The notes: generated by a model not told the origin, from the letters alone. DNA of 62,638 nt, filler included, from Pseudobdellovibrionaceae bacterium (GCA_030591685.1; 5 parts of 5 records of this genome joined end to end with filler, not necessarily neighbours in it), one strand, 5' to 3'; shown: positions 20,627 to 30,343, counted from the first letter of the whole stretch. Program-made: numbers and translations.

Positions 20627-22108
20627 TCACCTTCTCCAAGAGAAAAAGAGTTTTAAGAGTTTTAAAATATTTTTGGGCTTGTTTTTTCTCTTCCAGTTGC
20701 CGGCTAAATACTTGTTGGCCTCTGACATAGTGGGGTAAATATGTATAGTAGAGAGTATTGAGTTAAGCCCGTATCCGTTTTTCATGGCTGAAATAAACTC
20801 AGTGATTAAATCACTGGCGTTGTGGGCGACAATGGTGGCGCCTAATATTTTATCTTTACCGGGTAGAGTGAGTACTTTTACAAACCCGTAGTCCTCCTCC
20901 TCGGTAATGGCACGGTCTAAGTCGTCGATCCCATAACGGGTGACTTCGAATGCAAGACCTTCAATTTCAGCGCTTGATTCGGTATGGCCCACAGTGGCCA
21001 CTTCGGGGTCTGTGTAGGTGGCCCAAGGTATGACCGAATAATCGACTTTAAAAGATTTATTAAATGGTGGTGGGATAAACTTTAGTAAAGGGTTAAACAA
21101 AGCATTAACACAGGCGTAGTAGGCTTGATGGGCCGCTGTGTGAGTGAACTGATAGGGCCCCGCCACATCACCGCAAACAAAAATATTTTTAAAATTTGTT
21201 TGTAAAAAATCATTGGCTTGAATGGTTCGATTGGGGTTTAGGTTGACCCCAAGCTCTTCAAGGCCAAAGCCTGTAGTGTTGGCTTCTCGCCCAACGGCAA
21301 TGAGTACTTGGTCAAAGAAGATTTCTTTTTCACCCTCTTGGCTTTCGGCAATAAGCGATTGTGTGCCGTCGGGGTGAACTTTAAACTCGGTGGCTTTAAA
21401 GCCTGTGAGTATGTTGACGCCCTCTTTTTTAAATTTTTTAGTGACCGCTTCACTGACGTCCTCGTCTTCGCGGGGCATGATACGTTGGTTCATTTCGACC
21501 ATAGTCACTTGAGACCCAAAGCGCTGAAAACACTGAGCCAACTCACACCCAATAGGGCCACTACCAAGTACGACAAGATTTTTGGGGAGTTTTTTGAGCG
21601 ACCATAAGTTGTCTGAAGTTAAAATATTTATTTTGTCGATGCCCTTTATCGGGGGCACAAAGGGGCGGGCCCCGGTAGCCACAATAATAGCTCTTGCCGT
21701 GAGGGTTTTATCGCCCAGTTGAACCCTGAAGGGGTCAATGATGCGAGCCTCCCCTTTGAGGCAGTCCACACCCAGCTGAGTATAGCGCTCTACAGAGTCA
21801 TGGGGTTCAATTTTTTGAACCACACTTTGAACTCGGGCCATTATATCGCTAAATTCAAAATCAATAGAGCTGCTTTTAAAACCAAACTCAGTGGCCCTTT
21901 TTGATAGGGCTAAAATTTTTGCCGATTTAATGAGAGCTTTAGACGGCACACAGCCTGTATTTAAACAGTCCCCCCCCATTTTATGTTTTTCAATAAGCGC
22001 GACTTTTGCATTTAACTGAGCCGCTATATAGCTAGACACCAGGCCGCCGCTGCCGGCGCCAATAACTATTAAATTATAATCAAATTTTTTAGGTTTTTTA
22101 TAACTCAT
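20627..22108 (-). CDS. Pyridine nucleotide-disulfide oxidoreductase (dihydrolipoamide dehydrogenase / mercuric reductase-like)
   Basis: GAGSGG, GGDCLNTGCVPSK, GSGPIGCE, GPYQFTHTA, HIYPT; usual neighbour of TVP38 and DUF547 genes. Confidence 0.92.
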   Translation of the reverse strand: MSYKKPKKFDYNLIVIGAGSGGLVSSYIAAQLNAKVALIEKHKMGGDCLNTGCVPSKALIKSAKILALSKRATEFGFKSSSIDFEFSDIMARVQSVVQKIEPHDSVERYTQLGVDCLKGEARIIDPFRVQLGDKTLTARAIIVATGARPFVPPIKGIDKINILTSDNLWSLKKLPKNLVVLGSGPIGCELAQCFQRFGSQVTMVEMNQRIMPREDEDVSEAVTKKFKKEGVNILTGFKATEFKVHPDGTQSLIAESQEGEKEIFFDQVLIAVGREANTTGFGLEELGVNLNPNRTIQANDFLQTNFKNIFVCGDVAGPYQFTHTAAHQAYYACVNALFNPLLKFIPPPFNKSFKVDYSVIPWATYTDPEVATVGHTESSAEIEGLAFEVTRYGIDDLDRAITEEEDYGFVKVLTLPGKDKILGATIVAHNASDLITEFISAMKNGYGLNSILSTIHIYPTMSEANKYLAGNWKRKNKPKNILKLLKLFFSWRR

Positions 22109-22793
22109 TCGCTCTCTTTTTTTTTAAAAGTGGCAATGCTTTTTTAATAATAAGTGGTAACAATCCAAGGGCCGCAAAAGACATAACAAGTGATGGCGAT
22201 AAAATACCACTTATGCTTTCGAGGGTTGCTAGCTGAGTACCAGCGTTGACAAAAACCAGGGTGCCCGCAAGCATCCCAATTTGACTGACAAAAAAGTAAG
22301 TGGATGTTTTCATTGGGGTGAGACCCATAAGTAGATTAATTACAAAAAACGGAAAAGCGGGGATAAGCCGAAGGGTGAATAAATAAAAGGCCCCCTCTTT
22401 TTTGACCCCGTCGTTAATGATTTTAAGTTTATCTCCGAATTTTTTTTGTACAAACTCTTTGAGTAAAAATCGTGAAAATAAAAAAGACAGCGTGGCGCCA
22501 ATGGTACTCGCAAATGAAACAATAATAGTACCTGTAAACACCCCAAAAAGCCCGCCTGCGAGTAGTGTTAAAACAGCCGCCCCGGGTATGGAAAGTGTCG
22601 CAACAATGACGTAAATAAAAAAATAAAGGCTTAAAGTTTGAAGGGGGTGTAGTGCGTAATGAGCTTGAAAGGACTGCTGTTGGGACTTAAGGTATGAGAA
22701 CTGTAAATAATCAGTAAGTCCAAAATTATAGGCTGTAATAATAAGCCCTAAGATAACAAAAACAAGAATCCCATTTTTTGTACGTTTACTCAC
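22098..22793 (-). CDS. TVP38/TMEM64 (DedA superfamily) membrane protein
   Basis: SIPGAAVLTL, ASTIGAT, YLFTLRLIPAFPFFVIN, SQIGMLAGT. Confidence 0.92.
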   Translation of the reverse strand: MSKRTKNGILVFVILGLIITAYNFGLTDYLQFSYLKSQQQSFQAHYALHPLQTLSLYFFIYVIVATLSIPGAAVLTLLAGGLFGVFTGTIIVSFASTIGATLSFLFSRFLLKEFVQKKFGDKLKIINDGVKKEGAFYLFTLRLIPAFPFFVINLLMGLTPMKTSTYFFVSQIGMLAGTLVFVNAGTQLATLESISGILSPSLVMSFAALGLLPLIIKKALPLLKKKRANEL

Positions 22794-22980
22794 TGTGCGA
22801 TTAGTCCTTAGTGGGTATTTTAGCTCTTTAAAACCAAAATTATTATAACCAGAAGAGCTGAGTTGTTACAATGACTTATACAATTTGTAGGCCCTTGATA
22901 GAAAGGCTGTTGACGATGTGCAAAAAAGCAGCTATTTGTTTTGATTCTTGCCTGCAAATTGGCTTTTTTTAGGAGATTTA

Positions 22981-23931
22981 ATGTCTGAGTTTACCCCTGT
23001 TTTACGAGACCCATCGCATCTGCCAGATGTCTCCTATGAAAACAAGGCACATGTTTTGGGCCTTATTGATCGTGTCGGTATGGAAAAAATAGAAATGCCC
23101 ATACGCTACAAACTCCCCACAGGTGAAGTAGCTTTGATCCCTGCCCTTATTGATGCTTATGTGAGTTTAGACAAAGAAGACGCTAAGGGCATACATATGT
23201 CACGCCTCTATTTAAACCTCAAAGATCAATTAGCCGCCAGTGCCTTAAACGCCACACTTATAGACGATTTATTGCAAAGCTTTATAAATGGCCATAAGGG
23301 GTTAAGTGAATCGAGTTACGTAAAAATTAATTTTCAATTGCCCGTATTAAGAAAGGCTTTAGTAAGTGAAGAGGAAGGTTGGAGGCATTATAATGTTTTT
23401 ATCCAAGCCCAAAAAACAAAGCAACGCTTGAGTTACGTACTTGGGGGTGAGGTTTTGTACTCGAGCACATGCCCGTGTTCAGCAGCGCTAGCGCGCCAGT
23501 TAAACCAAGAGGCCTTTTTAAAGAAATTTGGTTTAAAAGATAATATTTTAACTCACGAAGTTTCAGACTGGTTAATGACTGAGGGGGCCGTTGCCGCCAC
23601 CCCACATGCTCAAAGAAGTGTCGTTAAGTTTAAAGTAAAATGCATTGACGAAAAAAACACACCAACGCTTATTGAGCTTATTGATCAAGTTGAGGAGGCT
23701 TTAAAAACGCCCGTTCAGGCCGCTGTTAAAAGAGCTGACGAGCAAGAGTTTGCCCGCTTGAACGCCTCAAACCTTATGTTTTGTGAAGATGCGGGTCGTA
23801 TATTAAAAACCCTATTTGATGCCGACTCTCGTTTTAGCGATTTTTGGGCCCATATTAGCCATGAAGAAAGCCTACACCCACATAATGCGACGAGTTATAT
23901 CTCTAAAGGGGTTTTGGGCGGCTGGCAGTAG
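22981..23931 (+). CDS. folE2: GTP cyclohydrolase IB
   Basis: LPDV, KGIHMSRL, YSSTCPCSA, ATPHAQRS, VKRADE, MFCEDA, HEESLHPHNA. Start moved to the ATG at 22981 after AGGAG. Confidence 0.93.
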   Translation: MSEFTPVLRDPSHLPDVSYENKAHVLGLIDRVGMEKIEMPIRYKLPTGEVALIPALIDAYVSLDKEDAKGIHMSRLYLNLKDQLAASALNATLIDDLLQSFINGHKGLSESSYVKINFQLPVLRKALVSEEEGWRHYNVFIQAQKTKQRLSYVLGGEVLYSSTCPCSAALARQLNQEAFLKKFGLKDNILTHEVSDWLMTEGAVAATPHAQRSVVKFKVKCIDEKNTPTLIELIDQVEEALKTPVQAAVKRADEQEFARLNASNLMFCEDAGRILKTLFDADSRFSDFWAHISHEESLHPHNATSYISKGVLGGWQ

Positions 23932-24034
23932 TCTTATAAATTAGAGCCCTAAAAAAATCATCGGCGTAAATAATAATGAGTGTCTTTTTCATCTTAATTG
24001 ACAATATTTATCACTAAGGCTATGCCTTTTAACT

Positions 24035-24565
24035 ATGGATCAAGAAATAGAAAACACACCAAAGTTAGTAGTTGGCCAAGAAAACTCGAGCCCTTTTAAG
24101 CCAGGGTCTGAGGAGTTACTCGTTCGAGAGCCCTTAGAGGAGAGTGATTTAAAGCGCATCATCCGCGAAATGGGCTTAAAAGTAACCCATCAACGGCTGA
24201 CTATTTTAAAGGCTTTAAGCGCGGGTCGGGCCCATGTTACGGCGCAAGAGATATATGAAAGGGTCCATGAAAACTATCAAGATATTGGGTTTGCGACGGT
24301 CTATCGTTTTTTAAAAAAATTAACTCAAACCGATTTTGTCACTGAAGTTCGCATGGGAGGGTTGCCGGCCAGGTATGAAATTACCCCCAGGCATCACCAT
24401 GACCATATCACCTGTAAAAAATGTAATAAAATTGTAGAGTTTGAAAACCTAGACATAGAGAAGCTCCAGTTGCAGGTGGCCAAAGAGCTTGGCTTTCGCC
24501 TGACGGGGCATGTTTTAGAACTCTATGGTATATGTACCCTTTGCCAAAATCATCAGGCACAATAG
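24035..24565 (+). CDS. fur: Fur family transcriptional regulator
   Basis: GLKVTHQR, IGFATVYR, HHHDHITCKKC, HVLELYGICTLC. TTGACA at 23998 upstream. Confidence 0.9.
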   Translation: MDQEIENTPKLVVGQENSSPFKPGSEELLVREPLEESDLKRIIREMGLKVTHQRLTILKALSAGRAHVTAQEIYERVHENYQDIGFATVYRFLKKLTQTDFVTEVRMGGLPARYEITPRHHHDHITCKKCNKIVEFENLDIEKLQLQVAKELGFRLTGHVLELYGICTLCQNHQAQ

Positions 24566-24588
24566 TTATCAATATTTAAATTATTATT

Positions 24589-27123
24589 TTGGTAAAGACT
24601 ATGAAAAACAGTAATAAAACATTTGATGGCATAGTGATAAGAGGTGCTAAAGAGCACAATTTAAAATCAATTGATATTGATATACCAAGAAACAAAATGA
24701 CGGTTATTACAGGGCTTAGTGGCAGCGGTAAATCCTCACTAGCTTTTGATACGATATATGCCGAGGGGCAGAGGCGTTATATAGAGAGTTTGTCCTCTTA
24801 TGCCCGTCAATTTTTAAGCCCTTTAAAAAAACCAGAGGTTGAGTCTATCAACGGGCTATCGCCCGCCATTGCGATTGAGCAAAAAACAGCCTCCTCGAGC
24901 CCTCGATCTACCGTAGGTACGCTCACTGAAATTTATGATTTTTTAAGATTAGCCTACGCAAAAGTGGGCATACCCCTTTGCCCCACTCACAAAATAGAGG
25001 TGGATGCTCAAAAGCCTCAAGATATTATTAAGAGTGTTCAAAAAATGAAAGCCGGTACTAAATTTCATATTTTGGCCCCTGTGGCTCAGGGTAAAAAGGG
25101 TGAGTTTGTAAAAGAGTTTGAAAGGTGGAGCAGTAAGGGCTTTGTAAGTGCACGAGTGGACGGCGAGTGGGTCGAGTTATCAAAGGCCAAAAAATTAAGT
25201 AAAAAAAAATCTCATGACATAGACATTCTTATTGATCGCCTTATTGTAGACCCCAAGTATGACCTGCGTTTAAAAGAAAGCGTAAACACAGCCCTTAGTT
25301 TAACAAAAGGGCTTGTGGTGATTGAGCCCGTAGGCGCAGAGGCTCAAATATACAGTATACATCAGTCTTGTAAAGAGTGCGGGTACTCATACCCCGAGTT
25401 AGAGTCTCGGCACTTTTCATTTAACAACCCCAGAGGGGCTTGCGAAAACTGCAGTGGCCTTGGAGTTGTTGAAGACTATGAAGAGTGGGATGAAGATGAG
25501 GACGTCAGCGTGAGAGACCTCACCATATGCCCCCACTGTGAGGGGGCTCGATTAAATAAGCGGGCCCTTAATGTTCATTTAGGGGGTCACAACATTGCTC
25601 AATTGAGTGATATGTCCCTTGAAGAGCTTAAGGTTTTTTTTACAAACCTAAAATTAAAAACACAAAAAAATATAGTGGCCGAAAAAATAACTCAACAAAT
25701 ACTACAACGATTAGAGTATTTAATTTATGTAGGCTGTGGGTATTTAAGTTTAAGTCGCCGCTCGCACACGCTTTCAGGTGGTGAGAGTCAGAGAATAAGG
25801 CTGGCCACTCAGGTGGGCTCTAGTTTAATTGGAGTTTTATATATTTTAGATGAACCCAGCATTGGCCTACACCCCAGGGACCATCATAAACTACTAAAAG
25901 TTTTTGAAGAAATAAAAGACCGCGGTAACACAGTTATACTTGTTGAGCACGATGAGAACACCATGCGTTTTGCCGACCATATTATAGACATGGGCCCTCG
26001 AGCCGGTATTCACGGGGGGCATGTTGTTGCTGAAGGGTCGTTAGAAGACATTTTAAACTGCCCTCAAAGCCTCACGGCCGATTATTTAACGGGTAAAAGA
26101 AAAATAATCATGCCGAGTGTTCGACGAAAGAGCACCGGTCAATTTATAGAAATTGTAAATGCCAACGGCAACAACTTAGACCATGTTCATTTAAAATTGC
26201 CGTTAGGGCAATTGGTGGCCGTAACAGGAGTTTCGGGTAGTGGTAAGTCCACCTTAATTAGGGAGACTTTGTATAAGGCCCTGGCTCAAAAATTAAATAA
26301 AAACTCAGCTGTCCCGGCGGAGTATGAATGTATAAACGGGGTGGAGCATTTAGATAAGGTCATTGAAATAAATCAAAAGCCCATAGGCCGAACCCCACGC
26401 TCTGTACCGGCCACTTATGTAGGGCTCTTGCCTGTAATACGGGCGCTTTACTCAAAATTACCACAAGCCCAGTTAAGGGGTTACAGCCCGGGGCACTTTT
26501 CGTTTAACGTCAAAGGCGGGCGCTGTGAAAAGTGTTTAGGTATGGGTAAGGTAAAATTAGAAATGCACTTTTTAGCCGACGTATACATTCACTGTGAAAC
26601 CTGTGAGGGCAAAAGGTACAACCGTGAAGTGCTGAACATTAAATTTAAAGACAAATCCATTGCTGATGTTTTAAGTATGACCGTAGAAGAGGCCCTTGAG
26701 TTTTTTGACGCCCATAAAATCGTAAAATCAAAGCTACTGACTTTAAAAAAAGTGGGCTTAGAGTACATGACCCTAGGGCAAAGCTCTAAAACCCTCTCAG
26801 GCGGTGAGGCTCAAAGGGTAAAGCTCAGTAAAGAGTTATCAAAACGAGCGACCGGTAAAACCCTTTATATCCTCGATGAGCCTACTACGGGCTTGCATTT
26901 TGACGATATAAATAAGTTATTAGAACTTTTACACTCTTTAGTCGACACCGGTAACACGGTACTTGTGGTTGAGCACAATATGGATGTTGTTAAATCCTCA
27001 GATCACATTATTGACCTAGGCCCCGGCGGAGGCGTCCACGGTGGGCAAATCATCGCCCAAGGCACCCCCGAGCACGTAGCCACAATCAAAGCCAGCTACA
27101 CCGGCCAAGAGCTAAAAAAATAG
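24589..27123 (+). CDS. uvrA: Excinuclease ABC subunit A (short form)
   Basis: GAKEHNLK, GLSGSGKSSLAFDT, LSGGESQRIRLA, GVSGSGKST, PIGRTPRS, LSGGEAQRVKL, DEPTTGLH. Confidence 0.96.
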   Translation: MVKTMKNSNKTFDGIVIRGAKEHNLKSIDIDIPRNKMTVITGLSGSGKSSLAFDTIYAEGQRRYIESLSSYARQFLSPLKKPEVESINGLSPAIAIEQKTASSSPRSTVGTLTEIYDFLRLAYAKVGIPLCPTHKIEVDAQKPQDIIKSVQKMKAGTKFHILAPVAQGKKGEFVKEFERWSSKGFVSARVDGEWVELSKAKKLSKKKSHDIDILIDRLIVDPKYDLRLKESVNTALSLTKGLVVIEPVGAEAQIYSIHQSCKECGYSYPELESRHFSFNNPRGACENCSGLGVVEDYEEWDEDEDVSVRDLTICPHCEGARLNKRALNVHLGGHNIAQLSDMSLEELKVFFTNLKLKTQKNIVAEKITQQILQRLEYLIYVGCGYLSLSRRSHTLSGGESQRIRLATQVGSSLIGVLYILDEPSIGLHPRDHHKLLKVFEEIKDRGNTVILVEHDENTMRFADHIIDMGPRAGIHGGHVVAEGSLEDILNCPQSLTADYLTGKRKIIMPSVRRKSTGQFIEIVNANGNNLDHVHLKLPLGQLVAVTGVSGSGKSTLIRETLYKALAQKLNKNSAVPAEYECINGVEHLDKVIEINQKPIGRTPRSVPATYVGLLPVIRALYSKLPQAQLRGYSPGHFSFNVKGGRCEKCLGMGKVKLEMHFLADVYIHCETCEGKRYNREVLNIKFKDKSIADVLSMTVEEALEFFDAHKIVKSKLLTLKKVGLEYMTLGQSSKTLSGGEAQRVKLSKELSKRATGKTLYILDEPTTGLHFDDINKLLELLHSLVDTGNTVLVVEHNMDVVKSSDHIIDLGPGGGVHGGQIIAQGTPEHVATIKASYTGQELKK

Positions 27124-27243
27124 CTAAATTCAGGCGCCTGGCGCTTAAAAAAAGAATTATTTACAAAGACATTCTTAAACCTTTATTGAGTCAATCAATC
27201 ATGGGACTACTGGCTCGAATGACTCTTTATTAAAGGATTAACT

Positions 27244-27810
27244 ATGAAAATATTTTTAACGGCCTTGTTGTTTTGTTCAGTAACATCTACAACTGTTCAT
27301 GCAAGTTACACTATTGAAGAAACAGTGTCTTATATTAACAAATTTGGCGACTATATTTATAAATCTAAACCCTATGCGAAGTTTGGTGATTTTTCTTATA
27401 CTGGCATGGACGTTTTTTTTAAATCTATTTCTTATTATAAGAAGGATAACCTGATCGCTGTTAAATATGACGTTGATGATTGGGATGAATATTCTGATAG
27501 TAGTGGTAGGCGCTCGGGCTCTTATACTCAGTACTATAACTTAGCTGGCCTTAAGTCTGTCGAAGGGGCCTTTAAGAGGGTAACTAATTCAACAGGTTAC
27601 AATGGTGTAGTATTTACATGTCCCCTTACGAATTGTGTCTACGGACAAGGGTACGGCGGTTCAATTAGAACTCGTCACTCTGATAAGATGTACACAAATG
27701 TGATAAGTTTTGGCGTCAGAGATCCAATTATTGCAGAAAAACTCAAAAATGCATTTCAACATTTACTTAATATGGCGGTCGCAGAAGCAAACAGTAACGA
27801 CCCTTTTTAA
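27244..27810 (+). CDS. Secreted hypothetical protein, paralogue copy 1
   Basis: Signal peptide ..TVHA; TIEETVSYIN; C-terminal AEKLKNAFQHLL..NDPF. Confidence 0.85.
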   Translation: MKIFLTALLFCSVTSTTVHASYTIEETVSYINKFGDYIYKSKPYAKFGDFSYTGMDVFFKSISYYKKDNLIAVKYDVDDWDEYSDSSGRRSGSYTQYYNLAGLKSVEGAFKRVTNSTGYNGVVFTCPLTNCVYGQGYGGSIRTRHSDKMYTNVISFGVRDPIIAEKLKNAFQHLLNMAVAEANSNDPF

Positions 27811-27884
27811 TTAAAGATCTAGGCACTTCGATACGAAGTGTCAGGTACCGGGTATTCAAATGACTCTTTATTAAAGGATTAACT

Positions 27885-28466
27885 ATGAAAATATTTTTAG
27901 CGGCCTTGTTGTTTTGTTCAGTAACATCTACAACTGTTCATGCAAGTTACACTATTGAAGAAACAGTGTCTTATATTAACAAACTCAGTGACTATATTTA
28001 TAAGTATAAACCCAGTGCGAAGTTTGGAAGCCGTATATATATTGGCGAAGGCGTTAATTTTACAGGGATTCACTATGATAAAAAAAATAATGCAATTGTA
28101 GCTAGCTATGATGTTGGCGCATGGGTAACAAGCGATGTAACTTATACGTTGGATAAGGCCTTCTACACTCAGTTCTATAACTTAGCTGGCCTTCAGTCTG
28201 TCGAAGGGGCCTTTAAGAGGGTAACCAATTCAACAGGTTACAATGGTGTAGTGTTCACCTGTCCCATTAAAAATTGTGTGTATGGAAAAGGCAGTGGCTC
28301 TTATGTAAAATTTAGATCATCAGGATATAACTCCACTGATAAGACATACACAAACAGTTTGAGTTTTGGCGTCAGAGATCCAATTATTGCAGAAAAACTT
28401 AAAAATGCATTTCAACATTTACTTAATATGGCGGTCGCAGAAGCAAAGAGTAACGACCCTTTTTAA
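27885..28466 (+). CDS. Secreted hypothetical protein, paralogue copy 2
   Basis: Near-identical termini to copy 1 with divergent internal blocks. Confidence 0.85.
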   Translation: MKIFLAALLFCSVTSTTVHASYTIEETVSYINKLSDYIYKYKPSAKFGSRIYIGEGVNFTGIHYDKKNNAIVASYDVGAWVTSDVTYTLDKAFYTQFYNLAGLQSVEGAFKRVTNSTGYNGVVFTCPIKNCVYGKGSGSYVKFRSSGYNSTDKTYTNSLSFGVRDPIIAEKLKNAFQHLLNMAVAEAKSNDPF

Positions 28467-28476
28467 TTAAAGATCT

Positions 28477-28504
28477 AGGCACTTCGATACGAAGTGCCTG
28501 GCAC
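28477..28504. repeat. REP-like palindrome
   Basis: AGGCACTTCG-ATA-CGAAGTGCCT followed by GGCAC; related copies at 27821-27848, 27131-27144 and 46637-46648. Confidence 0.6.
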
Positions 28505-28538
28505 TGGACAACCGCTGACTTTGGACAGGCGTTTGGGC

Positions 28539-29654
28539 TTAATTACACTTACTGCTGCCGCAGTCGAGGCATACAAAACAGCCCTCTTGTAGTTTAATAT
28601 TGCCACTGTCGCACTCGGTACATTTAATGGTTTTGATTTCAGTGATATAGCGCTTAATGGTTCGGGCTATGGCTTTAGCAAATGAGGTAATATTGCCCTC
28701 ACTTTTAATAAGCTGAGAGACTATAAACTCAATATCCGCCCCATGACGTAGGGCTGTTGAAATCATACGTGTGAGGGCCTCTTGCTCGTTAGATTCAAAA
28801 AAGGCCCGTATGTCTCTAAGTACCCAACCATCTTCTGTTTCGAGGTTATAGACGCCAGACTTTTCTTTTACTAATTTACCCTCTTTAAGCTTAGTCGGTA
28901 GGTGGAGTTGGCTTTGCTTCATGGCAAAAACTTCGTAGGGGTCTTTGTCTAAAAGCCCTACAAGTACGACCCACTTTTCGCCATTAGAGACAAGATGATG
29001 TATATGACAATCTAAATGAGAGGGCCTTTGAGGGGCTTTTGTTCGGGGTATACCTTCGGTAGCGCCCCCTAAGGTGGTGCCCTCAACAGATAAAACAGAC
29101 GCCATCGTGCCATCACGGTACGAAGTGCAACCTTTAATGGTCCCTGTTTTATAAACATCTCTGTATAGGCGTTTGAAGTCTTCGTAAGGGTAGTCTTTGG
29201 GTATGTTGACGGTTTTTGACATGGCGGCGTCCACGTAGCGTGAAAAAACCTCCATGGTTTTAACATGGTCATCAATGTTTAAGTTAAAGGCCGTTGAGGC
29301 CCAGTCTTTATTGGGCTCCCAAGTGTCTTGCTCTTGGTGAAAGCGCACGCCGTAGTCTTTGACATGTGACTCTTTTAATAGCCCTCGGGATTGATCAAAC
29401 TTCCAGACTTCATCTTTAAACTTAGTAACGAGCATGTTTTCGTCGCCCTCAGAACACCACTCCCACGGTGTTTTAGGGCCATTGAGAGTGTACGATTTAC
29501 CTTGCCAGTTTACATCCTTAGGTACGCCTAAGCCGTCTGGTGAGTAGGGCTGCATAGAGGTCCTCGTGTACTCAGTCATAAACAGAGGCTCTAGGCCGCC
29601 AGAAACATTGTTGGCAAAAACAGAGCTATTGCCTGTGGGTTGTATAGATAAAAG
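28539..29654 (-). CDS. nrdJ: Class II (B12-dependent) ribonucleotide reductase, C-terminal part; 5' end lost at contig break
   Basis: Frame is open to the contig edge: SIQPTGNSSVFANNVSGGLEP, VDAAMSKTVN, KGCTSYRDG, C-terminal CTEC..EGCFVCLDCGSSKC. Confidence 0.9.
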   Translation of the reverse strand, partial: LLSIQPTGNSSVFANNVSGGLEPLFMTEYTRTSMQPYSPDGLGVPKDVNWQGKSYTLNGPKTPWEWCSEGDENMLVTKFKDEVWKFDQSRGLLKESHVKDYGVRFHQEQDTWEPNKDWASTAFNLNIDDHVKTMEVFSRYVDAAMSKTVNIPKDYPYEDFKRLYRDVYKTGTIKGCTSYRDGTMASVLSVEGTTLGGATEGIPRTKAPQRPSHLDCHIHHLVSNGEKWVVLVGLLDKDPYEVFAMKQSQLHLPTKLKEGKLVKEKSGVYNLETEDGWVLRDIRAFFESNEQEALTRMISTALRHGADIEFIVSQLIKSEGNITSFAKAIARTIKRYITEIKTIKCTECDSGNIKLQEGCFVCLDCGSSKCN

Positions 29655-29754
29655 NNNNNNNNNNNNNNNNNNNNNNNNNNNNNNNNNNNNNNNNNNNNTT
29701 AATTAATTAANNNNNNNNNNNNNNNNNNNNNNNNNNNNNNNNNNNNNNNNNNNN
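29655..29754. other. Artificial contig-joining linker
   Basis: 44N-TTAATTAATTAA-44N. Confidence 0.97.
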
Positions 29755-30281
29755 ATACCAATAAAAGTACCCAGTATGCCAAGGCCGGTCAAAAGTGTTG
29801 GAACTGATTCAAAAAAGCTAAATGACCTTTTGTGCTTCCAACCATCGTACTGTACTACTACATCTTCAAAATTGAAAAATTCTCCGGCAGCCACGGCATT
29901 TAGGTATTCATAATATTCGTTGTCGTCTTCGTCGAATCTTTCAATTCGAATAACACACTCTTCAAATTCTTTCCAATAATGCATAAGGAGAAGACTTTTT
30001 TCATTAGCAAATATCTTTTCTAACTTATGGTAATTTTCACTACTAGTTGCCCAATTCCGGCCCGGCGCTAAGCTCGCAATACCAGTTAATGTTGCCTTAA
30101 GTGATCTCTTGAGATCTCTGGACCCTACACTTAAATTCCAAGCAGAGTAAAAAAAGATAACCACAATAGACCATGCAATAATAAACGGTAAGACCCCCTG
30201 CTGCAGTAGGAAAATTCCCTGAATATTATTCCAGAAAGTTAAAAGTCTATCATCAATTATCAACCCCGAAGAAGTATCCAT
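29755..30281 (-). CDS. zorA: Zorya ZorA-like (MotA/TolQ-related) protein, N-terminal part, truncated by contig end
   Basis: N-terminal TM, soluble segment with WKEFEE..A.EFFN, then VPTLLTGLGILGTFIG, typical of the ZorA/MotA second TM. Confidence 0.72.
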
Positions 30282-30315
30282 ATTAGTCCATCCATTAGTT
30301 AATCGATTACTTGTT

Positions 30316-30343
30316 ACATCGGATTAGCACTACAATATGCTTA
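30316..30343 (-). promoter_or_regulatory. Possible sigma28/FliA-type promoter of the zorA-like gene
   Basis: Minus strand TAAG-N16-TCCGATGT, 34 nt upstream of the ATG. Confidence 0.4.

Larger units (their letters stand above)
27215..28496 (+). repeat. Tandem direct duplication (about 27215-27840 and 27856-28496), each unit with RBS, gene and downstream palindrome
   Basis: Identical AATGACTCTTTATTAAAGGATTAACTATG leaders and identical TAATTAAAGATCTAGGCACTTCGATACGAAGTG tails. Confidence 0.95.

Noticed and set aside
20627..22108. merA mercury resistance gene
   Set aside because: No C-terminal CC pair, no NmerA domain and no mer operon; context is TVP38/DUF547.
27244..28466. Diversity-generating retroelement TR/VR pair
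   Set aside because: Differences are not adenine-specific, include indels, both copies are full genes, and no reverse transcriptase is present.
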